Shown: one piece after another, positions 28,252 to 38,294 of the stretch
Layout of the letters: each line of letters starts with the position of its first letter
How positions within the stretch are numbered: position 1 is the first letter of the stretch
Source: Fidelibacterota bacterium
GTDB taxonomy: Bacteria; Fidelibacterota; Marinisomatia; Marinisomatales; UBA1611
Length of the DNA stretch: 64,000 nucleotides
Direction: 5' to 3'
Assembly: GCA_018649625.1 (NCBI GenBank)
Contig: JABIHN010000012.1
Span: 10,782 to 74,781 of the forward strand
Program-made: the position numbers and the translations under genes
The notes under the pieces: generated by a model
Seen by the model: the letters and a program-made list of their open reading frames with translations, nothing else
Databases searched by the model: none
Told to the model about the DNA's origin: nothing

Positions 28252-30828
28252 ATGATGACATCTATCGAAATCAGACAATCTTTTATTGATTTTTTCAAAA
28301 CGAAAGAACATCAGTTTATTCGTAGTTCACCTGTGGTGCCAAATGATGATCCAACTCTTCTTTTTACTAATGCTGGGATGAATCAATTTAAACCGATTTT
28401 TTTAAATCATATTACTCCGGAAAATTCCCGTGCTGTTAATAGTCAAAAATGTATTCGTGTTTCAGGAAAACATAATGATTTAGAAGAAGTGGGAGTTGAT
28501 GCATTTCATCATACGTTTTTTGAAATGTTAGGAAATTGGTCTTTTGGAGATTATTACAAAAAAGAAGCAATTCAGTGGGCATGGGAACTTTTTACGGAAG
28601 TTTGGAAACTGGATAAAAACCGTCTTTGGGCGACTGTTTACGAAGATGATGATGAAGCATTTGATCTTTGGACTGAAATAACTGATATTTCTCCAGATCG
28701 TGTTCTCAGGTGCGGGAAAAAAGACAATTTTTGGGAGATGGGTGAAACAGGGCCATGTGGCCCATGTTCAGAAATCCATTATTATGTAGGAGACGATCCG
28801 GAAAACCAAGATGCTCGTGGTGTGAATAACACAGATGAATACTGGGAATTATGGAATCTTGTGTTTATTCAAAATAATCGTATTGATGAAAACACCTTAG
28901 AAAATCTACCGGCAAAACATGTGGATACTGGGGCAGGTTTAGAGCGGATTGTTGCCGTTATCCAAGGAAAGAAAAGTAATTATGATTCCGATTTGTTTTT
29001 ACCAATCATCCATAAAATTGAATCCCTTTCCGATCTATCTTACGAAGAAGATCCAATCCCCTTTCGTGTTATTGCTGATCATATCCGAATGTTATGTTTT
29101 TCAATTGCAGATGGAGCATTACCTTCGAATGAAGGCCGGGGATATGTTTTAAGACGTATTTTAAGGCGGGCAGCTCGATTCGGACGAACAATAGGGCTCA
29201 CCGATCCTTTTTTATTTAACCTTGTACCCACAATTGGAAATCTTATGGGTAGTATTTATTCAGAATTGCAAGAAAAGCAATCTCATATAGAAAAAGTGAT
29301 CCGAGCAGAAGAAATATCATTTAACCAAACTTTGGATAGAGGTATTAATCATTTTGATAAAATTATTTCTAAACTAAATGGAAATATAATTGGGGGTGCT
29401 GATGCGTTCAAACTTTACGATACTTATGGATTCCCTTTAGATTTAACGCAACTCATGGCAAGAGAAAGAGATTTTGCAGTAGATATAGATGGTTTTAATT
29501 CGGCCATGGCTGAACAGAAAAAAAGAGCAAAAGATGCGGGGAAGTTCAAATTGGGTTCCGATTCAATAGATTGGGTTATCATCTCTGAAGGTACTGACTC
29601 AACTTTCTTAGGATATGAAACTTTAGAATCAAAATCTAAAATACGCCGATATGCAGTTCAGGGAGACACTATTCTTCTTGTGTTGGACCAAACACCATTT
29701 TATGCTGAATCAGGTGGGCAAGTTGGAGATACGGGAAGCATAACTGGGCAAGGCGTTATCCTAACAGTTTTAGATGTTAAAAAAGAAAATAATTCTTTTA
29801 TCCACATTTGTAATGGTGAAATATCTGATTCTGGTGTTATTAATTGTCAAGTAGATATATTTCGTCGTTATTCAATAAGGAATAATCATACTGCAACTCA
29901 TTTAATGCATATAGCATTAAAAACCATTTTAGGAGACCATGTAAATCAAGCTGGATCACTGGTTCATCCTGATTATTTAAGATTTGATATCACTCATTTT
30001 GAAAAAATTACAGCAGATGAGATTATTGCGATTGAAAAAATGGTGAATGAACAAATATTATTCAATACAGAATTAGCTATATCAGTGAAAAGTTTTGATG
30101 ATGCAAAATCGGAAGGAGCGGAAGCACTATTTGGTGAGAAATATGGTGAGGTAGTTCGTGTTATCAAGATTGGTGATTATTCAATAGAACTTTGTGGCGG
30201 AACTCATGTAACGCGAACTGGAGATATTGGTTCTTTTAAAATTATTGAAGAATCGTCGTTAGCATCTGGAGTGCGTAGAATTGTAGCAGTGACAGGAAGT
30301 AAATCAGTGGAAGAAATGCAATCAAACTCAGCCATAATTTCATCTTTGCAACAGTCTCTAAGTGTTTCACCAATGGAAATGCTTGAAAGAGTTAAGGGAT
30401 TATTAGCTGAAAAGAAACACCTTGAAAAAAAGCTTAAACAGAAAAAGTCAAGTGCATCGTTAGATATCGATCTATTAGCAGATGCATCTACTGTTGATAA
30501 ATATCAAGTTATAGTAAAAAAAGTTTCTACAGAGTCTATCGATGAATTGAAAGAATATGGCGATCAACTTTTTCAAAAACTATCCACTGGAATTGGAATT
30601 TTATTTATGCAAGGTGAAGAAAAACCATCTGCGGTTATTGTGGTGTCAAAAGATTTGAATTCTTCTGGGATTTTAGCCGGAAATCTTGCTAAGGAAATAG
30701 GTAGTTTTATGGGTGGCGGTGGTGGTGGAAAACCACATCTTGCAACGGCAGGCGGAAAAGATAACTCATCTGTTGATTCAGCGATGTCTAAAACTTTAAA
30801 ATTGATTACTGAAAAATTAAAAGGTTAA
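28252..30828 (+). CDS. alaS: alanine--tRNA ligase
   Basis: 'FTNAGMNQFK', 'HHTFFEMLGNWSFGDYYK', editing-domain 'HTATHLMH' and 'CGGTHV', C-terminal DHHA1-like 'GGGGGGKPHLATAGG'. Confidence 0.96.
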   Translation: MMTSIEIRQSFIDFFKTKEHQFIRSSPVVPNDDPTLLFTNAGMNQFKPIFLNHITPENSRAVNSQKCIRVSGKHNDLEEVGVDAFHHTFFEMLGNWSFGDYYKKEAIQWAWELFTEVWKLDKNRLWATVYEDDDEAFDLWTEITDISPDRVLRCGKKDNFWEMGETGPCGPCSEIHYYVGDDPENQDARGVNNTDEYWELWNLVFIQNNRIDENTLENLPAKHVDTGAGLERIVAVIQGKKSNYDSDLFLPIIHKIESLSDLSYEEDPIPFRVIADHIRMLCFSIADGALPSNEGRGYVLRRILRRAARFGRTIGLTDPFLFNLVPTIGNLMGSIYSELQEKQSHIEKVIRAEEISFNQTLDRGINHFDKIISKLNGNIIGGADAFKLYDTYGFPLDLTQLMARERDFAVDIDGFNSAMAEQKKRAKDAGKFKLGSDSIDWVIISEGTDSTFLGYETLESKSKIRRYAVQGDTILLVLDQTPFYAESGGQVGDTGSITGQGVILTVLDVKKENNSFIHICNGEISDSGVINCQVDIFRRYSIRNNHTATHLMHIALKTILGDHVNQAGSLVHPDYLRFDITHFEKITADEIIAIEKMVNEQILFNTELAISVKSFDDAKSEGAEALFGEKYGEVVRVIKIGDYSIELCGGTHVTRTGDIGSFKIIEESSLASGVRRIVAVTGSKSVEEMQSNSAIISSLQQSLSVSPMEMLERVKGLLAEKKHLEKKLKQKKSSASLDIDLLADASTVDKYQVIVKKVSTESIDELKEYGDQLFQKLSTGIGILFMQGEEKPSAVIVVSKDLNSSGILAGNLAKEIGSFMGGGGGGKPHLATAGGKDNSSVDSAMSKTLKLITEKLKG

Positions 30829-30834
30829 ATAAAA

Positions 30835-31266
30835 ATGCAATACAGTCAAGATGGTAAAGATTTTTTTGTTTACATAGAAAAGAATGAAAAGGTTATGACA
30901 AATCTTGCGAAGTTTTGCTTGGACCACAATATTGTAAATGGAAAAATATCAGGAATTGGCGCAGTTAAATTAACTGAAATTGGTGTATTTGATACTGAAA
31001 ACAAAAAGTATATTCGCAAGTCATTTGATGATGTTCTTGAATTATTAAGCTTTGAAGGGAATGTAACATTGAAAGATGGAATTCCTTTTGTTCATACACA
31101 CATTGTATTATCGAATCAAGAAATGCAAACAATTGGTGGTCATTTATTTGAAACAACCATTGCCGCAGTTGGTGAATTTTTTATCCGGAAATTCGAAGGA
31201 ACAGCATATCGGAAACTAAATGATGACGTTGGGCTCCCTTGTATTTGTTTAGAGAAAAGAAGTTAA
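30835..31266 (+). CDS. PPC (DUF296) domain protein
   Basis: 143 aa. 'SGIGAVKLTEIGVFD', 'LLSFEGNVTL...PFVHTHIVLSN...IGGHLFETTIAAVGEFFI' fits the PPC/DUF296 pattern. Confidence 0.6.
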   Translation: MQYSQDGKDFFVYIEKNEKVMTNLAKFCLDHNIVNGKISGIGAVKLTEIGVFDTENKKYIRKSFDDVLELLSFEGNVTLKDGIPFVHTHIVLSNQEMQTIGGHLFETTIAAVGEFFIRKFEGTAYRKLNDDVGLPCICLEKRS

Positions 31267-31271
31267 AAATT

Positions 31272-31652
31272 ATGAAAAAAATTATACATACACCAGATGC
31301 TCCTGCAGCAATAGGAACTTATAACCAGGCAATTCAGATTGAAGGCTTTATTTATACATCTGGACAGGTCGGAATTAATCCCATAACAGGAAAGCTGGTT
31401 GAAGGTGGTATCAAATCAGAAACGTTTCGTGCATTGCAAAATATTGATGCAATTTTACGTGCAGCAGGTATTGATAAATCTCATATTGTGAAATTGACAG
31501 TTTTTATGACCGACCTTAGAGGATTCAATTATGTAAATGAATCTTTTAACTCTTTTTTTGGTGGTGTGGAATATCCAGCCCGTTCGACAGTAGAAGTTTC
31601 GGGTTTACCTTTAGGTGCCAAAGTTGAAATAGAATGTGTGGCTTTTGTTTAG
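31272..31652 (+). CDS. ridA: RidA/YjgF-family reactive-intermediate deaminase
   Basis: ATG at 31272 gives 'MKKIIHTPDAPAAIGTYNQA'. 'YTSGQVGINP', 'ARSTVEVSGLPLGAKVEIECVA'. Confidence 0.9.
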   Translation: MKKIIHTPDAPAAIGTYNQAIQIEGFIYTSGQVGINPITGKLVEGGIKSETFRALQNIDAILRAAGIDKSHIVKLTVFMTDLRGFNYVNESFNSFFGGVEYPARSTVEVSGLPLGAKVEIECVAFV

Positions 31653-31656
31653 GAGA

Positions 31657-32064
31657 ATGAGATTACATTATTTATTGCTGATTGTCATCATGTGTGGTCT
31701 AATTTTTGGTCAAGATTTAGAGACCCAAAAAATAAAGAAACCAAAGGTAGCATTCTATTATTCTTTGATCCCTGGCATGGGACAGGTTTATAACGAGAAA
31801 TGGATTAAATCTGCAGTGATTTTGGGACTTGAACTTTCGGCTTATAATTCATGGGGAAATAATAAAACTATTTATGATAATTTTGAAAGTAGAGATTATC
31901 CTTTAAAAAAACATCGTTATCTTGAAAAACGAAACAAATATGCTTGGTGGATTGGTATAATTTATGTTTATGGCATGATTGATGCTGTGGTCGATTCACA
32001 TTTACATAAATTTTATCAAGTTATGAATCATTCATTAGAAGTTGATAAAAAGGAAAAGGAATAA
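31657..32064 (+). CDS. DUF5683-like membrane protein
   Basis: Signal/TM, then 'YSLIPGMGQVYNEKWIKSAVILGLELSAY' and 'WWIGIIYVYGMIDAVVDSHL'. The start is ambiguous (GTG 31636 or ATG 31657). Confidence 0.5.
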   Translation: MRLHYLLLIVIMCGLIFGQDLETQKIKKPKVAFYYSLIPGMGQVYNEKWIKSAVILGLELSAYNSWGNNKTIYDNFESRDYPLKKHRYLEKRNKYAWWIGIIYVYGMIDAVVDSHLHKFYQVMNHSLEVDKKEKE

Positions 32065-32065
32065 T

Positions 32066-33439
32066 ATGCAAAAGAGAGAACATTGGGGATCCAAAATGGG
32101 CTTTATATTAGCCGCATCTGGCTCAGCCGTTGGATTAGGTAATATTTGGAAATATCCTCATATGGCAGGTGAAAATGGTGGAGCAGCTTTCACAATTGTT
32201 TATTTAATTTGTATCCTTGTGGTTGGTCTTCCACTTGTAATCGGCGAATTTGTAATTGGTCGAAAAACTCAATTGAGTCCGGTAGGTGCATTTGAAAGTA
32301 TTGCACCAAAATCTAATTGGAAATGGGTTGGGATGTTGGGTGTCGCATCAGCTTTTGTCATTCTTGCATTTTACGGAGTTGTTGGCGGATGGACCCTTAG
32401 ATATGCCTTTCTATCATTGGTGGGTGGATTTTCAGAACTGGCAGGAAATCCAGAATTAGCAGGTGAGCAATTCAATACTTTTATATCAAATTCGATTAAT
32501 CCTATTTTTTGGCAAATAATCTTTATGGGATTTACAATGATTGTCATTGTTCAAGGGGTAAAAGGTGGCATTGAAAAATGGACAAAGGTTATGATGCCTG
32601 CAATTTTCATTATTTTAGTGTTACTCATGATTCGTGGGCTCACACTTCCGAATGGTACCAAGGCCTTAGAATTTTTATTTCAGCCCAAATTTGAAGATTT
32701 AACTGCATCTAGTATCGTCCTAGCGCTAGGCCATGCTTTTTTTACATTGAGTTTAGGGATGGGAACCATGATAACTTATGGAAGCTATTTGCGTAACGAT
32801 CAGAATTTATTATCATCTGCTTTGTGGATTATCTTTTTAGATACCTTAATTGCTATGATGGCTGGCGTTGCAATTTTTGCAACTGTATTTGCAATGGGAG
32901 CTGATCCAGGAGCTGGACCTGGTTTAATTTTTGTAGTCCTTCCTACAATATTCCCTAATATTGCTGGGGGTGCTCTATGGGGAACTCTATTCTTTTTTCT
33001 CCTTTTTATGGCTGCCCTAACATCGGCGATATCAATTCTTGAAGTAATTACAGCTTACTTTATTGACCAAAAGAAATGGAGTAGAGAAAAAGCGACATTT
33101 TTATTTGGAACTGTTGTAACAATCGTAGGCATATTTTGTTCAATGTCTATGGGGGCTTTTAACGATTTTAATAATATCTTCAACATTTCATTTTTTGATT
33201 TCCTTGATTATTTATCTTCAAAATACATGCTACCCATTGGTGGAATGTTAACTGCAATTTTCATTTTGTATAAATGGGGAATTTCAAATTTTATAGCTGA
33301 TATGGTTTTAGGAATGGAAAACCCGAAAATAAATCATACAATAATTCGTATTCTTTTTGCAGTATCCGCAAGTGTTGTTGGATTCATTATTCTTAATGAA
33401 GTTATTGCGAATTTAACGGGAACTCCCATCATAGGATAA
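32066..33439 (+). CDS. neurotransmitter:sodium symporter (NSS/SNF) family transporter
   Basis: 'REHWGSKMGFILAASGSAVGLGNIWKYP' (NSS TM1 signature). About 12 TM. ATG at 32066 is preferred over the upstream TTG. Confidence 0.9.
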   Translation: MQKREHWGSKMGFILAASGSAVGLGNIWKYPHMAGENGGAAFTIVYLICILVVGLPLVIGEFVIGRKTQLSPVGAFESIAPKSNWKWVGMLGVASAFVILAFYGVVGGWTLRYAFLSLVGGFSELAGNPELAGEQFNTFISNSINPIFWQIIFMGFTMIVIVQGVKGGIEKWTKVMMPAIFIILVLLMIRGLTLPNGTKALEFLFQPKFEDLTASSIVLALGHAFFTLSLGMGTMITYGSYLRNDQNLLSSALWIIFLDTLIAMMAGVAIFATVFAMGADPGAGPGLIFVVLPTIFPNIAGGALWGTLFFFLLFMAALTSAISILEVITAYFIDQKKWSREKATFLFGTVVTIVGIFCSMSMGAFNDFNNIFNISFFDFLDYLSSKYMLPIGGMLTAIFILYKWGISNFIADMVLGMENPKINHTIIRILFAVSASVVGFIILNEVIANLTGTPIIG

Positions 33440-33442
33440 TTT

Positions 33443-34255
33443 ATGCTTGTAGAACGTTTCTTTCCGTCCAATTCTTCTAATTATCAAAAATTCAAAAGCT
33501 TTTTTAACCGGCTTGGTGATACACTTGATGAAAAGGATATTATTCAACTTTTTACAATATGGACATTTACAGTATCAGGGTTTGTTTTGGATGTGGGATT
33601 GAATGACCGATTTGTATATTGGGAATGGAGTGGTTGGCTATTAGGAAGTATCAAATTAGGATTTGTTACCGCTATCTTTTTGATGATTTTAAAACCGAAA
33701 GAAATTTGGGTTGCGGGAAATAAACGAATGAGTCTAAATGAGTTCTGGACACACTTAGGGATAGTTATTCTCTTTTTAATTATTGGATGGATTAATTTGG
33801 ATAGTTCTTTTAATGAACTGATAAAACTAATTCCTTATGCATTGGCATTTATAGCAGGATTAACTATTTTTCAATTTATTGTAGAGTATGATCAAACTAA
33901 AGGGGAGTGGTATAATTTAAACTGGGAGAAAAAAGAATTATTTTTAGGGTCATCAGCAACTCTCTTATTTATTTCGATTCTTCTTGGCTTTTATTTTGAT
34001 GATCCAATTATTAGCACGGCAAGTATAATTTCCCTACCATTTCCTGTGATTGCATTATTATGGTCAAGTCATGTTCGACATTTACAGCGAGCAAGATTTT
34101 ATCCATTATTTATTTTAGCAATGTTATTGTGTGTGAGAGCGCCATGGTTCTTCATTCCATTAGCAGGATTATTTTATATGTTACGTACCGTCAATTATTT
34201 TAGATATGGAATCGTTCATCCGTCCTTTGGCGTTGATCTCCCTGAAGATCTTTAA
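33443..34255 (+). CDS. hypothetical polytopic membrane protein
   Basis: 270 aa with about 7 hydrophobic segments and no recognisable catalytic motif. Packed 3 nt after the NSS gene and 2 nt before the reductase gene. Confidence 0.4.
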   Translation: MLVERFFPSNSSNYQKFKSFFNRLGDTLDEKDIIQLFTIWTFTVSGFVLDVGLNDRFVYWEWSGWLLGSIKLGFVTAIFLMILKPKEIWVAGNKRMSLNEFWTHLGIVILFLIIGWINLDSSFNELIKLIPYALAFIAGLTIFQFIVEYDQTKGEWYNLNWEKKELFLGSSATLLFISILLGFYFDDPIISTASIISLPFPVIALLWSSHVRHLQRARFYPLFILAMLLCVRAPWFFIPLAGLFYMLRTVNYFRYGIVHPSFGVDLPEDL

Positions 34256-34257
34256 TA

Positions 34258-35472
34258 ATGTATGATGTAATAATTGTTGGTGCCGGTCCAGCTGGGACTA
34301 CGGCAGCATTATATGCTCATCGATTAGGACTTAAATGTATTTTGTTGGATAAAACTGAATTTCCTCGAGATAAGATATGTGGCGATGCATTATCAGGAAA
34401 AACGGTTCGAATATTACGAGAATTAAACCTTTTAGATGAAATTGGCAATTTAGATGGATCAGAGATTAATCGTATCACATTTGGGAGTCCAAAAAACAAA
34501 CAATTTGATGTATACCTAAATGGGGAAAAAAATAATAAAAATATAACAAAGGGATTTGTAATTCCTCGGAAAATATTTGATAATTTTTTGTTTGAAAAAG
34601 CAGATAAAGTTACGGATACACGACAAGGATTTTCGGTCACAGATGTGATGATGGAAAATGAGCAAGTTGTTGGAATCATTGGAAAAACAAAGGATGGTGC
34701 TGAAGAAAAATTTCGTGCACCTATCGTTTTGGGTTGTGATGGGGCTAACTCGATTGTGGCTAGAAAACTGGGTCTTTATGAAATGGATATGGAAAACACA
34801 TCCGTTGCAATTCGATGCTATTATGAAGGTGTAAAAGGGTTAACAGATCAGATTGAATTGCATTTTGTGGATGAAGTCATTCCAGGCTATTTTTGGTTAT
34901 TTCCGGCAGGAAATGGAAAAGCAAATATCGGAATTGGATTGAGTAAAAGTTACATGAAAAAAGAGAAACGCACTCTTCGAGAAATCATGAATGAAGTTAC
35001 TCAATCTGAATATTTTAAAGAGCGATTTTCGGAAGCAAAACAATTAGAAAAACCAGTAGGGTGGAATTTACCTTTAGGTAGTATTCATCGGGAAAATTAT
35101 GGAAATGGATTTATGTTGCTTGGTGATGCTGCTGGTTTAGTGGACCCGTTTACAGGTGAAGGAATTGGCAATGCAATGGTATCAGGAAAATATGCAATAG
35201 ACGTGGCTTTAAAATGTAAAAAATCAGGTGACTATTCAAACACTGCAATTGCAGAATATGATGAATTACTTTGGGCTGAAATTGGAAAAGAATTAAGAAC
35301 AAGTACTAAGTTACAAAGCCTTGCCCGGTCTAGATTTCTATTAAATTTTGTAATCAATCGAGCTTCTCGAAATGAAGAAGTACAAAATATAATTTCGGGT
35401 ATGTTATCGCATGAGATCCCTAAAGATGAATTATATGGCCCTTTGTTTTACATCAAAATATTATTTTCATAA
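34258..35472 (+). CDS. geranylgeranyl reductase-family FAD-dependent oxidoreductase
   Basis: 'YDVIIVGAGPAGTTAA' dinucleotide fold, 'FPRDKICGDALS', 'VLGCDGANS', 'LLGDAAGLVDPFTGEGIGNAM'. Confidence 0.8.
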   Translation: MYDVIIVGAGPAGTTAALYAHRLGLKCILLDKTEFPRDKICGDALSGKTVRILRELNLLDEIGNLDGSEINRITFGSPKNKQFDVYLNGEKNNKNITKGFVIPRKIFDNFLFEKADKVTDTRQGFSVTDVMMENEQVVGIIGKTKDGAEEKFRAPIVLGCDGANSIVARKLGLYEMDMENTSVAIRCYYEGVKGLTDQIELHFVDEVIPGYFWLFPAGNGKANIGIGLSKSYMKKEKRTLREIMNEVTQSEYFKERFSEAKQLEKPVGWNLPLGSIHRENYGNGFMLLGDAAGLVDPFTGEGIGNAMVSGKYAIDVALKCKKSGDYSNTAIAEYDELLWAEIGKELRTSTKLQSLARSRFLLNFVINRASRNEEVQNIISGMLSHEIPKDELYGPLFYIKILFS

Positions 35473-35483
35473 ATGGATTTTTA

Positions 35484-38294
35484 ATGGATAGAAAAGAACT
35501 ACTTAAAACACTCAACTTATCACGATTCGTTGCTTTTGATTTTGAAACAACAGGACTTGATACTAATCATGATAAAATTATAGAGATTGCTGCTCTACGG
35601 TTTGAAGATGGTATCATTACAGATCGCTTTGTAGAATTAGTAAATCCTGAGAGACCTATTTCAAGAATGATTACTGATATTACAGGTATTTCAAATAAAA
35701 TGGTACGTAATGCGCCCATAGAAGAGTCTATAATTGATGATTTCCTGTACTTCTTAGGTGACGATCCATTGGTTGCACATAATATACATTTTGATGAACA
35801 ATTTTTATCTCAACTTTGTTCTCGTTTAGGTAGGCCAATGGGAAACCATACGCTCTATGATACCCTTCAATTAGCTCGAAGTTTATATTTTGATCAACCC
35901 GTTTTTAACTTAGGTGCTTTGTCGGAATTTTTCGGCTTATCTGCAAAAGGATCTCATCGTGCAGAAAAAGACACGGAAAATACTGGGCTAATCTTTTTAG
36001 AAATGCTTGATGAATTAGCAAGCTACTCCTTAGAAACCATCTCGAAAGTGATTGCGCTAATGAAAGGGGCAGATATTCCAAACCAACAATTATATATAGA
36101 TTATGGCAATGAGTTAACGCGACGGGGAGATTTGAAATCGGGATTAACTCCTTTCAAGAAAAAGCATGATTTCAAATGGAATACATTTCGGTGCGATGGA
36201 ACAAATAATATTAATCAAATAAAGGCTGAAGATGTTTTTGGTGCTGAAGGTTTATTGAAAAATATACACCCAAATTTTGAGAATAGACCAAATCAAACTA
36301 AATATGCAGCACTTTCTGAAAATATATTAACTCAAGAGAAAAACATTGGAGTCATTGAAGCAGGTACTGGACTTGGAAAATCTATGGCTTATCTTTTTGG
36401 AGCATTCAAAAATTCGCCAAATGTAGAGAATGAAGGTCCTACGATTGTTGCATGTCATACAAAGCATCTCCAAGATCAACTCTTTTATAAAGATCTTCCT
36501 CAATTAGCTCAAACTTTAGATGTTCCAATTAAGGCAGTTATGATGAAGGGGCGTAGAAATTATATCTGTAAAACACGGTTTGATTGGTTAATTTCAGATT
36601 CTAAAACTTTAGATCCGATGGATATAGAAGCATTAATTCCAATATTAATCTGGATGAAATGGACCAAGACTGGTGACTTATCCGAGTGTTCTGGCTTTTT
36701 TAACGCAAGGCGAACTTGGCTTAAAGCAGCTTTTTGTAGTGAGCCTGGATTCTGTACAGGAGAAGTGTGTAAACGTCACCAAGGGTGCTATTATGGAAAA
36801 TTGAAAGCTGCTATTTATAGTGCACATATTATTGTAGTAAATCATTCACTATTAATGACTGATGCAGCTCAGCCGGGTTTTTTACCTGATTTTAATTCTG
36901 TCATTGTTGATGAAGCGCATAATCTTATCAAATCTGCATATGATCAATTCAAGACTGGATGGAGTGAACAAGGCACATCTTATTTATTACAATCAGTTGA
37001 TCCATCTTATCCACGTTCAGCTCGTTGGAATAATATATTAACTAAGATAGCTGAAATGTATCCGGATATTGGAAATCTCAGAGATAACCTTAAAGATACT
37101 GTTAAGCAATCTCAAAAAAATCTAAAAGATTTCATGATAGCTTTGGCTGATGATAATCATAATCGATTTACACCTGCGAAAGCATATCAAGATAAACCAA
37201 TATTAGGACATCTTGAAAAAGTCTATACGGCTATTAATATAGAACTCTTTGATATGAAAGATGGCCTTGAAAATATTCATAAAAACGTGGACAAAATTCG
37301 AAAAGCAGTTTTAGAAATAGATCCATCTCGAACTGATTATCCAGTTTTACACTCTGTATTTGATCGTGGACTTGAAATAATTAGCGGCCTTATGAATTCG
37401 ATAGTGAGATTAACAGAGAATCAAAATAGTGATTGGGTCTATTGGATGGAAGGTGAATATAGAAGCCCAAATACATCGAAAGAAAAATTAGTTATATCGC
37501 TTCATGCATCACTGGTTGATGTTTCAGAAACATTAACGAGTCAATTTTTTCAGAGATTTGATCATTGCTTATTAACATCAGCTACATTGAAAATTAATAA
37601 CTCATTTGATTACTTTTTACAGCGAATTGGATTATCTGATTCTGACAATATAATAACAAAAGATTTTTTAAGTCCATTCTTATATAATGAGCAAGTTACG
37701 TACCATCAATATGGTGGAATCCGCGAAATTTCCAATGACCCAAGTATGATTGGTGACTTGGTATACCATTTGCATAATACCATAGGTAAAAGGATTATGG
37801 TATTATTCACTTCAAGGAAAGCATTAACAGATACTGCTCGCTACTTAAAAGACAAACCAGGAGGAAGAGATTTACCATTATTTGCGCAGATCCGAGGAGC
37901 ATCTAGACCTGGGATTATTAAAGGAATGCATCAACATTCCAATGGTATTCTTTTTGGAACAAACAGTTTTTGGGAAGGCGTTGATCTTCCGGGAGATTTA
38001 TTAGAAATTTTAATTTTGGTGAAATTACCTTTTGATGTCCCATCTGAACCATTAGTTAAATCCTATTCAGAATTTGTCACTAGAAGTGGAGGCAATAGTT
38101 TTATGGAGTTTTCCCTTCCTGAATGTGCTATTCGGTTTCGTCAGGGATTTGGACGGCTAATTCGAACAAGCTATGATTCTGGGAAATTTATTTGTCTTGA
38201 TAATCGGATTGTTACAAAGCGATATGGAAATATCTTTGCTCGTTCACTTCCGGTCGAAATGACACCCTTTTCTGAGATGGATTCAATTCGATAA
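35484..38294 (+). CDS. dinG: DinG-family ATP-dependent helicase fused to N-terminal DEDDh 3'-5' exonuclease domain
   Basis: Exonuclease motifs 'FVAFDFETTGLD', 'LVAHNIHFDEQFL', 'HRAEKDTENT'. Helicase 'EAGTGLGKSMAY'. Cys-rich Fe-S insert ('YICKTRF...CSGFF...CSEPGFCTGEVCKRHQGCYY'). DEAH box 'VDEAHNL'. C-terminal 'FWEGVDLPG', 'FRQGFGRLIR'. Confidence 0.9.
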   Translation: MDRKELLKTLNLSRFVAFDFETTGLDTNHDKIIEIAALRFEDGIITDRFVELVNPERPISRMITDITGISNKMVRNAPIEESIIDDFLYFLGDDPLVAHNIHFDEQFLSQLCSRLGRPMGNHTLYDTLQLARSLYFDQPVFNLGALSEFFGLSAKGSHRAEKDTENTGLIFLEMLDELASYSLETISKVIALMKGADIPNQQLYIDYGNELTRRGDLKSGLTPFKKKHDFKWNTFRCDGTNNINQIKAEDVFGAEGLLKNIHPNFENRPNQTKYAALSENILTQEKNIGVIEAGTGLGKSMAYLFGAFKNSPNVENEGPTIVACHTKHLQDQLFYKDLPQLAQTLDVPIKAVMMKGRRNYICKTRFDWLISDSKTLDPMDIEALIPILIWMKWTKTGDLSECSGFFNARRTWLKAAFCSEPGFCTGEVCKRHQGCYYGKLKAAIYSAHIIVVNHSLLMTDAAQPGFLPDFNSVIVDEAHNLIKSAYDQFKTGWSEQGTSYLLQSVDPSYPRSARWNNILTKIAEMYPDIGNLRDNLKDTVKQSQKNLKDFMIALADDNHNRFTPAKAYQDKPILGHLEKVYTAINIELFDMKDGLENIHKNVDKIRKAVLEIDPSRTDYPVLHSVFDRGLEIISGLMNSIVRLTENQNSDWVYWMEGEYRSPNTSKEKLVISLHASLVDVSETLTSQFFQRFDHCLLTSATLKINNSFDYFLQRIGLSDSDNIITKDFLSPFLYNEQVTYHQYGGIREISNDPSMIGDLVYHLHNTIGKRIMVLFTSRKALTDTARYLKDKPGGRDLPLFAQIRGASRPGIIKGMHQHSNGILFGTNSFWEGVDLPGDLLEILILVKLPFDVPSEPLVKSYSEFVTRSGGNSFMEFSLPECAIRFRQGFGRLIRTSYDSGKFICLDNRIVTKRYGNIFARSLPVEMTPFSEMDSIR

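Noticed and set aside
33443-34255. I considered whether the unknown membrane protein next to the GGR-family reductase is a UbiA-type (DGGGP-synthase-like) prenyltransferase. That would hint at archaeal-type ether-lipid synthesis, as has been discussed for some FCB bacteria.
   Set aside because: I could find no NxxxDxxxD or DxxxD Asp-rich UbiA motif in the protein. No GGGP-synthase-like gene lies nearby.
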